Source: Octopus vulgaris (lineage: Eukaryota). Taken from it: DNA of 64,000 bases. The translations under genes and the position numbers were made by a program. Every line of letters starts with the position of its first letter. Within the stretch, counting starts at the first letter, position 1. Location: NCBI GenBank assembly GCA_951406725.2, contig OX597829.1:34100001-34164000 (forward strand), written 5' to 3'. Below, in pieces: positions 1 through 64,000 of this stretch. A model generated the notes under the pieces. The model worked only from the letters and a program-made list of their open reading frames with translations, was not told the origin of the DNA and made no database searches.

Positions 1-60281
<60,281 letters not shown>

Positions 60282-60447
60282 CTGTTTTAAAAGAAAAATT
60301 ACAAGTAAAAATAACAGAAATTTAATAAAAAATTCATATGTAACAAAAAAAGCCCTATCCATAATTAACATATCTTACAGGATGACAATAAAATCAAGTT
60401 ATTTAAAAATGGTCATTTTGCAAATGTTTCAATAGGAGCTGAGGAAA

Positions 60448-61035
60448 TACCATAAAAATCCATGAAATTTATGCACTTTTTTTTTGCAAAAATAAAAAAA
60501 CTTTAGGGGGTGCATAAATTACATGAGTAGATCATTTCCAGAATTTTTTTTGAAATTTTTTCTGTTGAAAAAAGATGTACAAAATGTAAGAATTCATACT
60601 AGAAGTTGACTCATTTAATATCAGAATAGGTTTTTACAGAAAAAATAGCTTAAATACGCATAATGAAGTTGACTTTTATTTATGCTGGATAGTATAATGC
60701 TTACTTTTTCTGTATAAATTAAATAAAACCATTAAATGGTTAACTAGTTTTTGAAATCTGATGTTCATGCTGGTAAACATAGTCCAGGTCATATTTTACA
60801 TTGCTTGGAGTTTCTACCTATCGCAATGGAGCACATATTAAATGTCTCCTTCACGATAAATGAAATTATGCTAAATACAACTAAATTGAAAACCTTTTTT
60901 CCTTGGCTATATCGGCAATTCTGAAAACTTTTGGGTGCAAATTTTACATGAGTAGAAGCTTTTTTTTAATAAATTTTATCCTGAAAATTACTTGCACAAA
61001 TTACACAGGTGCCCAAATCATGGGTTTTTATGGCA
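60448..61035. mobile_element. TIR MITE
   Basis: Ends TACCATAAAAATCCATGA and TCATGGGTTTTTATGGCA; internal repeats of gtgca.a.ttacatgagtaga. Confidence 0.55.
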
Positions 61036-63256
61036 TATATGGCACATTATTTTTATTAATGAGAAACTCAATTAGTTCTACTTGAGCAAACACCTGCTTG
61101 AAACAATATCTGTGTTTCAGATATGGAAGCTAACAAATAAACTACAGATTTTGGTGGTAACCATAACAAAGCCAGTATGTACACAACAGCTTGGTTTATC
61201 AGGATTTATTATTGGATATTTTATTAGGTATTTCTATAAAGCACTGTACAATGGAGACAAGCACAGGTTGAACACAAAAAAACACGTATTTTACTTCATT
61301 TGCATGTCAAAATAAATTATTTACATGGAAAATTACATCATTTGAAAGCTTTGGATGTGAATGTTCTTCTCATACAGTTTAAAATAAAGTCTGACAGCTA
61401 CATATGTCAGGGTATTTTTAGGCATTTTCAAAGTTTGTCCCATCTTTTTTTTTTCTTTGTCTGCTGAACAGTAGCCCTTGTTTTAATTCAATGTGCTTCA
61501 GCACTATTACTCAAGTTGTGTTAAGAATCATACACACATGTAGAGGAATGTTTAACTTTATTTTGATATAAAATTCAACTGGGATAGGTCAGATAATAAC
61601 TACTAAATATAAAGTGAAAATTTATCATGAATTTTCACTTAGAAAATATAATTTCTTCAAGATACCATAAGAAACAAAAATTTCTTGCTAAATCATCATG
61701 GACATAGCTGATTCTGGCCACAGTATGACAAAAAAGTGCAGTTAGAAAAGAGTGGTATACTGACTTTTTTTGTACACAACACAGATTGACACTACTTGTT
61801 AAACTGATGGATTCCCACTCTGCAAGAGGTCGTACAGAAGACGATTTCAAGGCTTCAGGTATTATAGAGTTCAAACTAGCATGCAACCATTGTATTAATA
61901 CTCATTTCTTATTCCTTTGTGTTAAGCAATGAATGTTCACCTTATGCATATTCTTGTACACATGAATTTCATATTTCTTAGAGAAATGTTGGTCTATTTT
62001 CATCAATAAAAATTATAAAGTGCAATGAATATTATTTTGGTGCAACTTGACACAAGTAGAATTCATGTCTGGAAACCTAATGGCATACTCAGATTGTTGA
62101 AAAAAAATCATTAATAGGGCACCTTGAAGGGATCTTTATATATAACAAATATATTTTATTTTAACAACCAAGGGAAATAAGTTATTCGCCCCTGGAAGAG
62201 ATCTTTATATATAACTAATATATTTTAACAGCCAAAGGATAACCCATTCATTTTCCTAAATCATTTGGTATAAATCAAATTCTGTATGCTTATTTCTTAG
62301 TATTTGAACTGTTAGAGTTATTTTCGCAATTTATCCAGTACAACCCTTAAACAAGTAAATAGTATTTTCCTAAACAATAGATCCACTTATTTCAGTTAGT
62401 AACTTATTCACGAATATACCAACACTAGCGCTCCTGGGGGTAATATTTTCTGAGAATGCACAAAAGCCATTTTCAGAGTTATTTACTTTGAATTGTTATT
62501 ATCTCCTATCTGATTAGCCTGTTATTACGTAACATGCTTTACGATTTTAGTATACATACCTTATTAGTATTTCCTCCTAAGTTAAATATACTCTTGGAAT
62601 ACATTAAAGCCCTTTTTGGGGCTACTTTATTTGAATTCTTACTATCGGGTGACTAATTTCATGTTATTACATAACTGACTTCATATTTTGGGTATTTATA
62701 ACTTATTGGGAATTCCTAAAAGCAAGATCTTGTGTAAGACAGTTCGGTATTCTCTGTAAATGCACAAAAACTGTTTTAAGGGTTACATACTTTGTATTGT
62801 TGTTATTGAATTAGCAAAACAATTATGAGAACGGAACCAAGGGATAAGCCCCGCTTTTCCAGGAATTACTGCTAGTATCAAATAAATCTTTTAAAATCCC
62901 CCCCCACCACCACCAAAGGGATAAACTCTGTGAATCGGTGAAAATACCAGGATGTTTGAGGAACCCTGACATCTTAGAGAGGTAAGAGTCAGATTTTGAT
63001 TAAAAGTATATGAGAATGAAGTTTGCATCTAGAACTTTCAAATGATAATTTTCCAAGGAAAATAGGTATTTTGTCATGAAAATGGTGTACTAAAAAATGA
63101 GTTTTTGCATGGTCAAATTGTGTGTCACCCCTTCGACATCATTTCGAAGGCTGTAACAAGAAACAAAAATGAGGGGAGATCCCTATAAAAATGGAGAAAA
63201 TCCAACATATGTGGGCATCTTCATTAAAAATTTTGCAATTTATAGCCATTTTTAAT

Positions 63257-63700
63257 AGCCTAATAAAAATGTTATGGAAATGCTGTCATGTCCCAAAATT
63301 TCATGACTTTTACCTCCCTACCTACCACAAAAGTGCCAAAACTCAAGTTTCTGTGGCTTGTAGTTTAGGATTTAGCTAGGTCTGAAAACACTGCAAAAAT
63401 CAACCATTTGGTACATGTAACAAAATAGGCTTCACATAAATATCTAAAATATTGCCAAACAAAAAGTTTGCTTTCTGAGCCTAATAAAAATGTTATGGAA
63501 ATGCTGTCATGTCCCAAAATTTCATGACTTTTACCTCCCTACCTACCACAAAAGTGCCAAAACTCAAGTTTCTGTGGCTTGTAGTTTAGGATTTAGCTAG
63601 GTCTGAAAACACTGCAAAAATCAACCATTTGGTACATGTAACAAAATAGGCTTCACATAAATATCTAAAATATTGCCAAACAAAAAGTTTGCTTTCTGAG
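63257..63700. repeat. Apparently perfect 221-bp tandem duplication
   Basis: 63257-63477 matches 63478-63698, with AG microhomology at the junction. Confidence 0.93.
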
Positions 63701-64000
63701 AACCTGCAAAAAAAATTAGGCAACTACTATACTATGGTCACTATTAAATTACATAATTTGAAACTGATTATAACTGTTTCAAAGATATGACATTGCAAAT
63801 ATAGCTTTTACACAAATTAGGCAAAATTTCAACCATTTCACTGACCATACAAATATTTCCTAAAATATTTATCCAAATTTCACAAATGAGGTATCAAAAT
63901 GTTTCTTTCTGGATACTCTTCAGGAAAAAGGACAGTAGAAATATTTAAATATTTTCAAAACTTTATGATGCCTAATTTTATTATTGGTTCAATATTAATA

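Noticed and set aside
60282-64000. First coding exon or promoter of NUP98
   Set aside because: No FG-encoding ATG exon with a phase-1 donor and no promoter-like segment were found; probably beyond the window.

Overview
AT-rich eukaryotic DNA; the SINE/LINE repertoire suggests an octopus (inference). A minus-strand NUP98-NUP96 nucleoporin precursor gene spans almost the whole window. I reconstructed 28 complete coding exons (3743 nt, about 1248 codons) plus 7 nt of a 29th, all with GT-AG boundaries and consistent phases. They encode the GLFG/FG repeats, GLEBS motif, autoproteolytic domain, HF|S cleavage site and the start of Nup96. The start-codon exon was not found and the 3' end lies beyond position 1. 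Introns hold an open-ORF RTE LINE (APE + RT with a PHD finger inside the RT, hairpin-repeat 3' UTR), a 5'-truncated CR1-like LINE, and many SINEs and MITEs. They also hold relics of Penelope, Hero, BovB-like RTE, Gypsy, mariner, piggyBac, Merlin, Helitron and Helentron elements. Top leads: a Penelope-type minimal hammerhead ribozyme motif between two (TA)n tracts, the PHD-in-RT architecture, the RTE 3' UTR hairpin array, and the same AFD>AFN change in two unrelated RTs.
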